Assembly: GCA_029250605.1 (NCBI GenBank)
Contig: JAQXEZ010000002.1
Coordinates: 22,775-86,774 of the forward strand
Length of the DNA stretch: 64,000 nucleotides
Direction: 5' to 3'
DNA from: Candidatus Thalassarchaeaceae archaeon
GTDB taxonomy: Archaea > Thermoplasmatota > Poseidoniia > Poseidoniales > Thalassarchaeaceae
The notes beneath the pieces were generated by a model. It was given only the letters and a program-made list of their open reading frames with translations, was not told the DNA's origin and did not search any database. Below, one piece after another: positions 44,633-54,740 of the stretch. The stretch's first letter is position 1. Every line of letters begins with the position of its first letter. The position numbers and the translations under genes were made by a program.

Positions 44633-45508
44633 GTGGTCAACACATGGAGCATCCTTGAAGCGGGAGCAATTCTAATCCTCCTAATTGGCGTATTAGTACT
44701 ATTCTGGGTCATACTTAGGCATCTAAGACTCAGGCCTTCTAATGAAAGATCATGGGTGAACGATAACGAACGGTTGTCAACTGCTGAATTCGTTGATGGT
44801 GTGGTGACCGTTCGCAATGTGAGGGATTTCGAATGGCGTAGCGGCAGGGATTTCGACGAGAGATGGGTGGATATGGAGATAAAACTGGATGAGGTGTCGA
44901 AGATCTGGTTCGTTTTGGAGTACTTCGATCCATCTAGGAGACAAATGGCGCATACGATAATGAGTTTCGAGATGAGAGATGGGACGAGGCTAGCCTGTTC
45001 GATAGAGGTCAGAAGGGAGAAGGGAGAAAAGTACCATCCGATAAAGGGCCTCTTCAGGCAATACGAGTTGATTTACGTCTGGGCCACCGAGAGAGACGTG
45101 ATTGGGGTCAGGACACGTTGCAGGAAGAAATCCGTGACTCATCTTTTCGAAGCTGTGGTACTTGGCCCCGGCAATGAAAGGAGGATGCTAGAGTCATACC
45201 TCAACAGGACCAACAAACTCAACCAAAGTCCCGAGTGGTACAACACAATCACCAACACCTGCACAACGAACATAGTTAGGCACGTCAATGAGGTCTATCC
45301 TGGAAGGGTTCCCCGAGCGGTTGCAATACTCCTCCCTGGACTTAGTCCCAACCTACTTCAGAAGAACAATTTGGTCAAGATAGAAGGAACAATTGAGGAA
45401 ACGCTGAGGAACAGCATTATCGATGAGAAAGCAAAGTCTTGGGATGGCGTGGTCGATTTCGGAGATTGGATAAGGGAGCAAGTCAGAGGGGAGCATTCAA
45501 CTGAATGA
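44633..45508 (+). CDS. DUF4105 / Lnb N-terminal-like domain protein
   Basis: N-terminal TM, NVRDF, AHTIMSF, SIEVRRE, RQYEL, YNTITNTCTT. Confidence 0.75.
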   Translation: MVNTWSILEAGAILILLIGVLVLFWVILRHLRLRPSNERSWVNDNERLSTAEFVDGVVTVRNVRDFEWRSGRDFDERWVDMEIKLDEVSKIWFVLEYFDPSRRQMAHTIMSFEMRDGTRLACSIEVRREKGEKYHPIKGLFRQYELIYVWATERDVIGVRTRCRKKSVTHLFEAVVLGPGNERRMLESYLNRTNKLNQSPEWYNTITNTCTTNIVRHVNEVYPGRVPRAVAILLPGLSPNLLQKNNLVKIEGTIEETLRNSIIDEKAKSWDGVVDFGDWIREQVRGEHSTE

Positions 45509-45523
45509 CTCTGATGCGGTTTT

Positions 45524-46717
45524 GTGCTAAACATCCAACCACTCGAAGAACCCGATAGAGTTCGATGGTTCCTGCCGCCCTCGAAGAGTCACATGATTCG
45601 CTGGATTGCACTTGCTTCCCAGTCCGAGTCCCGGACGAATCTAATTTTCCAAGGAACCCCTGGTAGAGACATCGAGTCGATGGCAGAGTGCATGGAGAAA
45701 ATGGGTGCCTCCATAGAAAGGGAGGATCAAGAGTGGGCCATTCGAGGAAAGAAGGATGGTCTAGTTTTGCCCGAATCGTATCTGGATTGTGGCAATTCCG
45801 CCACAACAGCAAATTTCGTCTCCGCGATTGCAGCTTGCATGGACGGCCCAGTAGAAATTGATGGTGACCAAACTCTAAGGAATAGAGATCTATCCCCCAT
45901 GGCCTCGGCATTAAGAGAGCTAGGGTGCGAAGTCTCTTCTGACCATCTCCCATATACTGTTTCTGGACCGATTTCTAAAGGTAATTCCAGCATAGATGAG
46001 TCTTGTTCAAGTCAAACTCTTTCGGGGATGATTTTGGCATCTCCCGGATTTCCTAGTGAAGTGAAAATATCACTTCAAGGTGAAGCAGTTAGTCGTTGGT
46101 ACAGAGACCTGACAATCGAATCTAGTGGTTTGAGTGGTTGGGCCGGAGACTATGGCAAGGTCGTTTACCTAGCCCCGTGGACGGTTGGAACCCCGGAAGT
46201 TATCGAAATCCCGGAGGAAACTAGCCTATTCCCCATCTCACTTCTTTTCGACAAACTCCATGGAACAAAAAGCTTGAATTATAGCAAATTCAAAGGAACC
46301 CCTATCTCAGAAACAATCGAAATGGCAATCTCAGGGAATTCCAGAAAGATTAGCCTAAGAGACTCTAGTGATGTGATTTCGCCGTTGGCTGCATTGATGG
46401 CAATGGGCAACGGTGGAGAAATTGTAGATGCCCCCCATGCACGAGGAAAAGAGTCGAATAGAATTGTTTCAACGATCAAAATGCTATCCTCATTTGGAAT
46501 TGAAGTCGAAGAAAGAACAGGTGGTTTAGCTATGTCCGGGAGTCAACAACCAAGTGCCCCATCGGAGATCGTTGGCTGTAATAATGACCATAGATTGGCA
46601 ATGACGGCTGCCGTTCTGGCCACGAAAGTTGGAGCTTCGTTGTCTGGGCATGAGATCTGTGATGTCACCCATCCGGGTTTCTTAGGAATGATAACCCCCA
46701 AATACTCAGGAATGTGA
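45524..46717 (+). CDS. aroA: EPSP synthase (divergent)
   Basis: PPSKS, CGNSATT, SSQ, KESNR, DHRLAM, HPGF. Confidence 0.85.
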   Translation: MLNIQPLEEPDRVRWFLPPSKSHMIRWIALASQSESRTNLIFQGTPGRDIESMAECMEKMGASIEREDQEWAIRGKKDGLVLPESYLDCGNSATTANFVSAIAACMDGPVEIDGDQTLRNRDLSPMASALRELGCEVSSDHLPYTVSGPISKGNSSIDESCSSQTLSGMILASPGFPSEVKISLQGEAVSRWYRDLTIESSGLSGWAGDYGKVVYLAPWTVGTPEVIEIPEETSLFPISLLFDKLHGTKSLNYSKFKGTPISETIEMAISGNSRKISLRDSSDVISPLAALMAMGNGGEIVDAPHARGKESNRIVSTIKMLSSFGIEVEERTGGLAMSGSQQPSAPSEIVGCNNDHRLAMTAAVLATKVGASLSGHEICDVTHPGFLGMITPKYSGM

Positions 46718-46721
46718 TATT

Positions 46722-47687
46722 GTGTTGAGTAGTTATTGGAAAAAGAACCTTGGCACTCATTTGCTTCTAGTTCTAGTTGCGGTAATTTGGGGCTCTACTT
46801 GGGCGGCGGGCAGATTTCTTAGTTATGGATTGAACGAAGAAAACCCTGCCTCACTCAGTCCGGCGACTTCTGCTTGGTTGAGATACGCATTCGCGGTTTC
46901 GGTGTTCTTTGTCTGGTCGATTTCAAGCAGAGGTGATCGAACCTTTCGATTTCTTCCTCCTGACAGGGAATCATGGATTTTCTCGATTTGGCTGGGCCTT
47001 CTGGGAACAATGGCCTATCAATTGTTGTTCATGCATGGGATGAGTTGGACAGCAGCTGGAGATGCATCCCTAATCATCCCCATGAATCCCGTATTTACCG
47101 TCCTTCTGGCTGTGCCGATGCTGGGCCAGAGGATTTCGACAAGGATGTCTATTGGGCTATTGATTGGAATTTCGGGAGTGGCGGTTGTTGTGGGTTGGAG
47201 TCCAAACTCAGGCATCCCAATAGAGCACAGGATAATTGGCGATTTGATGATTCTCTTCGCCGCACTCTCATGGGCCGCTACTAGCAATCTGACTAAGATT
47301 ATGCTTTCATGGGAAAGTGGCTACTCATCTCTAGAGATTGTGGTCTGGTATTCTGTGGCCGGTTGGGCTTTGCTTTCTCCGTGGATGATTGCTGAGAACT
47401 GGGGTTCGGCGATTCCAGAACCAAGCACAGCAGAATGGCTGACAATTGCATATCTGGGAGTAATCTCCACTGTCTTATCCTACGTACTGTTCGCAAAGGG
47501 GATTGAGTTGATCGGCCCCACCGCTGCCTCTTCATACGTCTTCCTTGTCCCGGTCTTCGGAGTTCTAGGGGGGTGGTTACTTCTTGGAGAGGAGATTGGA
47601 GCTTCCATGGTGCTTGGGTTCGTCCTAATTGTATTCGGAGTTACAGAAGTGCAGAGGGAAAGCGATCGAATGTCGAACGTTTCCTGA
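46722..47687 (+). CDS. DMT/EamA family transporter
   Basis: IWGSTW, about 10 TMs, two EamA halves, LVPVFG...LLGE. Confidence 0.9.
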   Translation: MLSSYWKKNLGTHLLLVLVAVIWGSTWAAGRFLSYGLNEENPASLSPATSAWLRYAFAVSVFFVWSISSRGDRTFRFLPPDRESWIFSIWLGLLGTMAYQLLFMHGMSWTAAGDASLIIPMNPVFTVLLAVPMLGQRISTRMSIGLLIGISGVAVVVGWSPNSGIPIEHRIIGDLMILFAALSWAATSNLTKIMLSWESGYSSLEIVVWYSVAGWALLSPWMIAENWGSAIPEPSTAEWLTIAYLGVISTVLSYVLFAKGIELIGPTAASSYVFLVPVFGVLGGWLLLGEEIGASMVLGFVLIVFGVTEVQRESDRMSNVS

Positions 47688-47748
47688 TGTATACTACTGC
47701 CTCACCGTTAAATACGGAGGGTCAGTGGACGGCCAACGAGGCGATTGA

Positions 47749-48288
47749 TTGGCACGCAAACCGGCAAAGATGTACAGGCAGATCAAGGGTCAGTCATTTA
47801 CCAGGAGGGAGTACACCGGCGGAGTTCCAAACAACAGGATTCTGCGTTACCACATGGGCAACAGGAAAAAGGCAGAGACGGGTGGTTTTCCAGTAGCAAT
47901 TGAGTTACGAGCCGATAATGCATGCCAAATCAGGGACTCGGCCCTAGAGGCTGCTAGGCAGGTTGCAAACTCTACAATCAGAGAAGATGCAGGGACAATC
48001 GGGTATGCACTCAGAATGCACACTTATCCCCACCAAATCTTGAGAGAGAACAAGCAAGCTACCGGTGCAGGTGCCGATAGGGTTTCACAAGGGATGCGCC
48101 TATCATTCGGCAAGAACGTCGGAACCGCAGCAAGAGTCCAGCGGGGGCAGACCGTTATTTCCATTAAGACCGAGGCAGAGAGTTACGTTGCGGCAAGGGA
48201 CGCATTGAGGAAGGCGAGTTGCAAATTCCCCACGCCTTGCACAATCAAGATCGTACAAGGCTCCGAGCATTTGAAGGGCCTAGTGTGA
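47749..48288 (+). CDS. rpl10e: 50S ribosomal protein L10e (uL16)
   Basis: ARKPAKMYR, QIR..ALEAAR, LRENKQATGAGADRVSQGMR; TTG start. Confidence 0.97.
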   Translation: MARKPAKMYRQIKGQSFTRREYTGGVPNNRILRYHMGNRKKAETGGFPVAIELRADNACQIRDSALEAARQVANSTIREDAGTIGYALRMHTYPHQILRENKQATGAGADRVSQGMRLSFGKNVGTAARVQRGQTVISIKTEAESYVAARDALRKASCKFPTPCTIKIVQGSEHLKGLV

Positions 48289-48300
48289 GGCCAAGGGAGC

Positions 48301-48879
48301 ATGTCCCAAACTGATCCACTCACGGTATTGCAAGATTCGCTCAGGGGAGCGCCCATAATCTGGAAGGGTGAGTACCCTTACTTCATCCATCCAATATCAG
48401 ATGGCATACCAAGAATGGAAGCAGAGGTCCTTAGAGCGACCAGGGATCTGATTGTCAGTATGGTTGATTGGTCCCAGATAGACCTTATTGTCAGTGTTGA
48501 GGCCATGGGACTTCCGCTGCTAGCAGCCGTAGGAGAGGTAACTGGAAAGCCGACGGTGGTTATACGGAAAAGATCCTATGGAATGGAGGGCGAGGTCAGA
48601 GTTGATGTTTCAACAGGCTACTCCAGTTCGACGGCCTACATCAACGATATTTCATCTGGAGAAAGGATTCTGGTAGTTGATGATGTGATTTCGACCGGAG
48701 GAACACTAGAGCCCCTTCTGGAAACACTCGAAGGCATGGGAGTAGTTCTCCAAGACGTGATTGTGGCGATAGAGAAGGGAGATGGTAGAGAGAGGTTATC
48801 GAAAGAGAAACCGGAGTGGCCGATTAGAACCCTCGCAAGAATAGACATAGTTGATGGGAAAGTAGTGATTGTCCAGTAA
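48301..48879 (+). CDS. hpt: Archaeal hypoxanthine/guanine (adenine) phosphoribosyltransferase
   Basis: YPYFIHPISDG, EAMG, RKRSYG, VDDVISTGGT. Confidence 0.85.
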   Translation: MSQTDPLTVLQDSLRGAPIIWKGEYPYFIHPISDGIPRMEAEVLRATRDLIVSMVDWSQIDLIVSVEAMGLPLLAAVGEVTGKPTVVIRKRSYGMEGEVRVDVSTGYSSSTAYINDISSGERILVVDDVISTGGTLEPLLETLEGMGVVLQDVIVAIEKGDGRERLSKEKPEWPIRTLARIDIVDGKVVIVQ

Positions 48880-48890
48880 CAGGTGATAAC

Positions 48891-50000
48891 ATGGATCTGA
48901 ATAGACATGAGTTCGAACTCGATGACCTGATAGAGAGAATAAAGGATAATGACAATCGCCTTGTTGCACTTCAGGTTCCAGAAGGTCTCAAGATGCAGGC
49001 ACTGGAAATGATGGATGCAATCGAGGAAGATACTTCTGCGAGAATTATTCTGGCAGCCGATCCCTGTTATGGCGCTTGCGACCTTGTTCATGACAAAATG
49101 CAGCGAATGGGCGTGGAGCTTGTTGCCCATATGGGACATTCACAAATGAATATCGATTCCGGAATGCCTACTGAATTCATCAACGTTACTTACGATGGGG
49201 ATCCTGCAATTGATCCTGTCCTGCCAATTCTCTCGGCGCATCGAGAAATCGCGCAGAAACGCCTCTCCGAGTCTTTGAATGAGGGTGAGATGAGTGAGGA
49301 AGAGGCCAAAGAGAGATTCATGGATGCCGTGGGAAGGGTATCGCCTCTGAGAGGAGCAAAGTTGGGCCTGGTTGGGAGTATACAGCATCTCCACCTAATC
49401 TTCGACTACAAGGAGCGGTTGGAATCTGCAGGATTCGAAGTCGAGGTTCCAGTAGGCGGGGCCCGGCTATCATTCCCTGGTCAGGTTCTGGGATGCAATT
49501 ATTCGGGAGATAGCGATGATATCGGTCACTATCTTTTCCTCGGAAGCGGTGATTTCCACCCTATTGGTTTGGTTCTTCACACAGGAAAACCATTGGCAAT
49601 GCTGGACCCGTACACTGGCGGGGCAGAGGAAATGTCATTCCAAAGGATTGAGGGGATTCTGAGGCAGAGATTCGGGCTGATTATGGCTTGTGACCAAGCA
49701 AAGACTTTTGGAATTTTAATAGGTGAAAAACCCGGCCAGATGAGGAGGAATCTAGCACTTAGGATGAAGAGGAAACTGGAAAAGCATGGTAAGAAGGGTT
49801 ACCTGCTAGCATTGGAACATGTTGGGCCCGAATTAATCGACTTCTACCCGGTGGACGCATTTGTCAATACTGCATGTCCCAGGATAGCAATTGACGATTC
49901 GGTTCGGTATGCAAAACCACTACTAACGCCATTCGAACTTGAGGTTGTCCTGGGTGACAAGAAATGGGAAACAGGATACAAGTTCGATGAGATCCCATAA
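48891..50000 (+). CDS. dph2: Diphthamide biosynthesis enzyme Dph2
   Basis: QVPEGLK, CYGACD, GQVLGC, FHP, TACPRIAIDD. Confidence 0.93.
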   Translation: MDLNRHEFELDDLIERIKDNDNRLVALQVPEGLKMQALEMMDAIEEDTSARIILAADPCYGACDLVHDKMQRMGVELVAHMGHSQMNIDSGMPTEFINVTYDGDPAIDPVLPILSAHREIAQKRLSESLNEGEMSEEEAKERFMDAVGRVSPLRGAKLGLVGSIQHLHLIFDYKERLESAGFEVEVPVGGARLSFPGQVLGCNYSGDSDDIGHYLFLGSGDFHPIGLVLHTGKPLAMLDPYTGGAEEMSFQRIEGILRQRFGLIMACDQAKTFGILIGEKPGQMRRNLALRMKRKLEKHGKKGYLLALEHVGPELIDFYPVDAFVNTACPRIAIDDSVRYAKPLLTPFELEVVLGDKKWETGYKFDEIP

Positions 50001-50066
50001 ATCTGTACGTAGCCTCTCGGCATTTATTCCAGTAAATTATGAATCAAGGTAACGCTGTCTGGAAGA

Positions 50067-50363
50067 TTACTCTTCTTCGTCATCGTCATCGTCGCCCAAT
50101 AGGGCTTCCCAGTCGAGGTCTTCTTCTGCGGACATGAAGTAAAGTGCCCCCATCGCTGCTGCTGCTAGCATGCCGGCCATGTCTTGTGTGCTGAAACCGG
50201 TATCTGGCCTCATTGCATCCATACTGCCGATTCCGATCAAATCGATTAGGAACAGCTTGTCGCCGCCCCCCAACAATCCTGCCATGTTCACAACAACGAA
50301 GATTAGAATCGCAGCTGCTCCAATTAGAAGTCCCATTCTTTGTGTGTCGTTTAGTTCTACCAT
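50067..50363 (-). CDS. Small hypothetical membrane protein with acidic tail
   Basis: Two hydrophobic helices, DDDDEEE C-terminus. Confidence 0.6.
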   Translation of the reverse strand: MVELNDTQRMGLLIGAAAILIFVVVNMAGLLGGGDKLFLIDLIGIGSMDAMRPDTGFSTQDMAGMLAAAAMGALYFMSAEEDLDWEALLGDDDDDEEE

Positions 50364-50454
50364 AGCAATACCTGTGCATCCCCAAGGGTGACGAGTTATT
50401 AATGTGAATGGTGGGCTGTTGACAAGTTATCTGGCTAAAACGGCTGTTGGGTGG

Positions 50455-51129
50455 CTATTCGGAGTCCTTCGCATCTGAGCCGGAACTGAAATTTAAGACA
50501 CCGTCATCCATCAGATCGGCGATAATGTCCTCCATCTTCCTTCCGGTTTTTTCCGCAATAGCCTGAGTCTGAATTCTATCTGCGTGATCCCTTGCAGTTT
50601 GTGCCTTTGCCGCATCCCCAGGCTGGTTCCTCTGGTTCAAAACAGAGGATAGCCCCCTCCAATTTTCTGGGTTCTCGGCTTCGCTGGCTGTTAGATCCTT
50701 CCAAATCTCGAGGGCTCCGTCAAAGTCGCCCTCTGCAACTAGGCGAGTCGCCCTCTGAATTCTCTGTTCACTGCTCTCGGAGCTTGATGCCTGTTTTAGC
50801 AAAGCCTCAAGTTGTTCATCAGATTCCTCTGAAGATTCTTCACTAGTGGGTTCTTCTTCGGGTTCTTCTGGTGACTCTTCTTCGGCATCGAGGTCATCGA
50901 AGTCATCGAGGTCATCGAGGTCATCGAAGTCATCGAAGTCATCGTGGTCATCTTCTTCCTTCTCGGTCGCCTTAATTTTCTTCTCGGCATCCTTGGCCTT
51001 CTTCTCGGCATCCTTGGCCTTCTTCTCAGCCTCCTTTACCTTCTCCTCAGCCTCCTTTATCTTCTTCTCGGCCTCCTTGTTCTTCTGCGCTAGACGGAAC
51101 GCAATATGCTCAGGAATCTTCTTTGCCAT
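50455..51129 (-). CDS. Low-complexity coiled-coil/acidic protein with TPR-like segment
   Basis: K(E/D)AEKK heptads, (DDF/DDL)n run, GDFDGAL..W..L...P.NW TPR-like; start ATG 51129. Confidence 0.65.
   Translation of the reverse strand: MAKKIPEHIAFRLAQKNKEAEKKIKEAEEKVKEAEKKAKDAEKKAKDAEKKIKATEKEEDDHDDFDDFDDLDDLDDFDDLDAEEESPEEPEEEPTSEESSEESDEQLEALLKQASSSESSEQRIQRATRLVAEGDFDGALEIWKDLTASEAENPENWRGLSSVLNQRNQPGDAAKAQTARDHADRIQTQAIAEKTGRKMEDIIADLMDDGVLNFSSGSDAKDSE
50884..50955. repeat. 9-bp tandem repeat GTCATCGAR, about 8 units (coding)
   Basis: Read directly from the sequence; encodes DD[FL] repeats on the minus strand. Confidence 0.9.
50978..51082. repeat. 21-bp tandem repeat, 5 units (coding heptad)
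   Basis: TTCTTCTCGGCATCCTTGGCC x2 plus three diverged copies; encodes xK(D/E)AEKK. Confidence 0.85.
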
Positions 51130-51228
51130 GAAAACTACCGAGACTTGGGAAAGACGGAGCACATTTAATTGTGGTCCAGACCTTATCAGACAACAAACAG
51201 GGAAATAGCCCCATTTACACTAAAATCA

Positions 51229-51888
51229 CTATGACAAGGATTCGGCCCGTTCCTCACAAGCCTTCGCCCTTCCAGAGAGTCCGATTGAAGAAAAATAGGA
51301 AGAGAATGCATTCCATGTATCTGAGTCAGAAGAATCTTCGGAAACCATATGCTTGAGGTTTTTCAATGCAGATTCGTATTCGCCTCCGACTATCAATTCC
51401 AATGTTTGTTCGATACCCTGGGTTTCCTGTGAGGCCTCAGTTGCCTCAGAAGCCACTGCTACATTGGCATCTGCCTTGCCATACTTCTCCTCCGCCCAGA
51501 GGATTAGCTTCGGCCACTTGCCCTCGAACTTGTCAAGCCTCTTTTCGATGCTGCCGATCATCTTTTCCAACTCCTTTCCGTCAATATTGGATCGGAAAAT
51601 GGACTCCAATGCGCTGAAGGCTTCTTCACGCGAGATCTCTACTTGGGCAGGCTGTTCTGATGCCTTCTGATCTTGCTCTTTTTCTTCCTGGGCTGGTTGT
51701 TCGGAGTCTTCTGGCTTTCCGTACTTCTGCTCTGCCCATTTGATCAGTCCGCCCCACTTCCCCTCAAACTTGTCCAGTCTCTTTTCGATGCTAATGAGGG
51801 CTTTCTCCAGTTCCTCTCCTTCCATAGCCGATGAGAAAATAGCCTCCAGCCTTGCTGTTACTTCCCCTCTTGTTTGTTCGCCTGCCAT
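51229..51888 (-). CDS. Hypothetical protein with two ~45-aa helical repeats and a C-terminal TPR-like motif
   Basis: SIEKRLDKFEGKW..LI.WAE.KYGK occurs twice; SEQPAQ occurs twice. Confidence 0.7.
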   Translation of the reverse strand: MAGEQTRGEVTARLEAIFSSAMEGEELEKALISIEKRLDKFEGKWGGLIKWAEQKYGKPEDSEQPAQEEKEQDQKASEQPAQVEISREEAFSALESIFRSNIDGKELEKMIGSIEKRLDKFEGKWPKLILWAEEKYGKADANVAVASEATEASQETQGIEQTLELIVGGEYESALKNLKHMVSEDSSDSDTWNAFSSYFSSIGLSGRAKACEERAESLS

Positions 51889-51944
51889 TCACTCACCGTA
51901 ATTTTCGCAACCCATATGTTGGCTTTAACCCGCCGATATCTCCC

Positions 51945-52856
51945 TCACTCCTCCTCATCAGCGAAGCTTCCGGCCTGGTCGAGAGATTCTGATAACCCAA
52001 GCCAGTCTTTGTTCTGCTTGCCCTTTCGATGAGTGAGATTCTTCCACTTGTTAAATGCGACCTTGACATTGCCCTCGTCCAGAGAAGCTGCGGCAACATT
52101 CATTGAAGCGGCAGCACCTAGAATTTTGACGAGATTTGTAAATGAATCGTTGGCTTTAATCGCCCCCTCTTCTATGTCCGTTCTCTGATCTCTCTCAGCC
52201 TCTCTAATTCCACCCCATATCCTCTCAATGAAGTTCCTATTATCCTGAATCGGGTTGAGTATTGCCTTGTCTACCTCCAGTCCCTTCGAGACAATGTAAA
52301 GAGAGAGGCAGAAGAGGAATGACAGTTCTGCGAAATCAAGCAGGCCCCACTCTAGTTCCTGTCCCTGGAACCTCCATGACCCATCATACCTGCCATAGGG
52401 TCCTACATTTGTCGTCTTTCCTAGAACATTGTTTGATATGTCGGCGAATTTACCCATCTTGTTTGCCGTGGAAAGCAGTGCAACGAATAAGACAAGAATC
52501 CCTATCCTAATAGAACGGATGGACTTGATTGCAATCAGTTTCTTGGTCTTCTTTACTCCGAATTGGTTTTCAATCGGCCTATGGATCCACAATGCCACTA
52601 ATGTGTAAACAAGAGATGTCACTATTGCGTAATCTAAGACTCCGATTTCCAGATAGCCCCAGATCTCGAAGTCAGCTCCCTCTGGCAGCATAATCTTCTC
52701 CTTTCCTTGAGGGATGCTTTCTTGACTTAACAGTCCGGTGCTAACTGCTATGTTGTCGGAGAATCCAGAGCTGTTTACTGACTCGAAAAACGCTAGAAGC
52801 GTGGCACTGAATAAACTCAATCTTGTTGGCTTCTTGAACACCCTCTTCAGTACCAC
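51945..52856 (-). CDS. Hypothetical multi-pass membrane protein
   Basis: About 4 hydrophobic helices; divergent from cdc6. Confidence 0.6.
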   Translation of the reverse strand: MVLKRVFKKPTRLSLFSATLLAFFESVNSSGFSDNIAVSTGLLSQESIPQGKEKIMLPEGADFEIWGYLEIGVLDYAIVTSLVYTLVALWIHRPIENQFGVKKTKKLIAIKSIRSIRIGILVLFVALLSTANKMGKFADISNNVLGKTTNVGPYGRYDGSWRFQGQELEWGLLDFAELSFLFCLSLYIVSKGLEVDKAILNPIQDNRNFIERIWGGIREAERDQRTDIEEGAIKANDSFTNLVKILGAAASMNVAAASLDEGNVKVAFNKWKNLTHRKGKQNKDWLGLSESLDQAGSFADEEE

Positions 52857-52958
52857 GGCACGGCCTCAAGTAGCGCTGGTACGCTCAGGCCTATCAAAAC
52901 ACCGAATCAAATAGAGGTATGTGGCAATCATAGGGTTGCTGATGGGTCTGAACCAAAT

Positions 52959-54170
52959 ATGTCTAAGAACGTCGAAATGTGCAATGAATCAATGGCGGAC
53001 TACCTAGACAGGATTGGGGCGGGCAAGGTTCTGATTTCTAGGGAGCCTTTGTCCTATGACTGGACCCCTTCTGAGTTGGTGGGAAGAAAGGACGAACTTG
53101 GTGAATTAGCATCGATGTTCTTTGGAATAGAGAATCACAATGTCAGTTGCAGGGCCGTAATAACGGGGAACGTTGGATCTGGGAAGACTGTCCTAACTCG
53201 TCGTTTCTGCATGGACGTCGCAGCAAAACTAGAGGGGCGAAGGAAAGTCTCGATCGCCCATGTGAATTGCAGGAGCCATCCCTCGGCATCCCAGGTTCTT
53301 CAGCAAATAGCATCGTCTCTTGACTCAGGTCATCCTGAGCGTGGTTTCAGCTCTGGAGAGGTAATACAGAGCATTAGGCGCAACATCCGCTCGCGCGAAA
53401 GTCATCTACTTCTGATTCTGGACGAGGTTGACGTGCTAGTTAGGAGAGATAACTCAGACCTGATCTACAAGCTCCTGAGGATAGACGAGGACAAGGAGGG
53501 AGAGGGGACACTATCGCTAATCATGGTGAGCCAGGAAGATTCGCTCTTCACCCTTTTCGAGGCTGCCATCAAATCTCGACTGGGGGAAAGCAACATCCTC
53601 CGAATGAGACCCTATGTGGCAAGTGAACTAGTGGAAATAGCGAGGCAACGGTACGAGGCATCTTGCAGGCCGAACTCAGTTAGTGACGAGGTTCTCCGCA
53701 AGATTGGCATTTTTGCAGAAGAGTCGGGCGGAGATGCTAGGATGGCCATTGAGCTCCTTGACCGCGCAATTGGGGAGGCGGAAAAGGACGGGAGAGAGAA
53801 GGTGACAGTGGACGATGTCCTTCCAAGCAAGTCTCGCTCTGCCTCCGTGGAGCCGAATCAGGTTGATGGTCTGAAACTGCACCAGAAATTGGTCCTTCTC
53901 GGAATCTGCAGGAGACTGAAGAGGGAGGAAGAGGTATCCAGCGGAGATGCTAGCAAGTTGTATGAGCTGGTCTGCGAGGAGAACAACGAGACACCAAAGG
54001 GGTACACCACATTCTGGAAATATCTGAAGCACCTTGAATCGGAGGGATTGATCGTCAGCAGGGCCTCAAGTTCGAATCGAGGGAGGGGGAGGACACGCTA
54101 CATCACGATGCCGAACTCGGTTCCCGCGGTAATCGGAAGCAGGATAGAAAACGAGCTTCTGAGGAGATAG
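52959..54170 (+). CDS. cdc6: Orc1/Cdc6 replication initiator
   Basis: LSYDWTP..LVGR, GNVGSGKT, VNC, LILDEVD, SRL, GDARMAI, C-terminal wHTH with GRGRTR. Confidence 0.93.
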   Translation: MSKNVEMCNESMADYLDRIGAGKVLISREPLSYDWTPSELVGRKDELGELASMFFGIENHNVSCRAVITGNVGSGKTVLTRRFCMDVAAKLEGRRKVSIAHVNCRSHPSASQVLQQIASSLDSGHPERGFSSGEVIQSIRRNIRSRESHLLLILDEVDVLVRRDNSDLIYKLLRIDEDKEGEGTLSLIMVSQEDSLFTLFEAAIKSRLGESNILRMRPYVASELVEIARQRYEASCRPNSVSDEVLRKIGIFAEESGGDARMAIELLDRAIGEAEKDGREKVTVDDVLPSKSRSASVEPNQVDGLKLHQKLVLLGICRRLKREEEVSSGDASKLYELVCEENNETPKGYTTFWKYLKHLESEGLIVSRASSSNRGRGRTRYITMPNSVPAVIGSRIENELLRR

Positions 54171-54236
54171 TCGGTAAGTCAACTCCGAACCGCTCTTATA
54201 GGGGCCTAATGTCGGGATGCCGTCCAAGGTGACCAG

Positions 54237-54728
54237 ATGGCAGGCGAGCAGTCCTTCAAGGCAGTGGTGAACGACACCGATCCCAAGTCCAGAGGTAGGT
54301 CATTCGCGATGGACATAACGGGAGCAAACTACAACCACTTTCTGGGAAAGAAAATCGGTGATTCGGTAGACGGGATGTTCGTAGGTGACGGAGATTCAAC
54401 CCTCACTGGATACAAGTTGGAGATTACAGGCGGATCCGATGCAACTGGGAGGCCAATGAGGCCGGATCTTGACGGATCGGGAGTGAAATCGGTTCTGATT
54501 ACTGCTGGAATAGGGTACAAGGGGAAGAAATTCGTCAACAAGAACAGCAAGGAGTACCGATACAAGTACGATGGCCTAAGGAGGAGAAGGAACCTCCGTG
54601 GGAATGTAATCAGTCAGGATACACGTCAGATTAACCTCAAGGTAGTTGATCCCGGCAAGCGCTCGCTTGCTGCGATTATTGACGGAGAGGAAGCCGCAGT
54701 CGAACAGCCCTCTGGTGAAGAGGAGTGA
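54237..54728 (+). CDS. rps6e: 30S ribosomal protein S6e
   Basis: LGKKIGD, YKLEITGGSD.TG.PMR, GLRRRRNLRGN, QINLKV. Confidence 0.95.
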   Translation: MAGEQSFKAVVNDTDPKSRGRSFAMDITGANYNHFLGKKIGDSVDGMFVGDGDSTLTGYKLEITGGSDATGRPMRPDLDGSGVKSVLITAGIGYKGKKFVNKNSKEYRYKYDGLRRRRNLRGNVISQDTRQINLKVVDPGKRSLAAIIDGEEAAVEQPSGEEE

Positions 54729-54740
54729 CGACTGAGGTGA

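Noticed and set aside
44501-45508. tRNA-Ser as the integration site of a mobile element
   Set aside because: No integrase, no duplicated tRNA 3' end seen, and housekeeping genes follow
52857-52958. Canonical ORB-type origin upstream of cdc6
   Set aside because: Only 102 nt, no ORB-like boxes or extended AT-rich element; just a small GGCCT/AGCG hairpin
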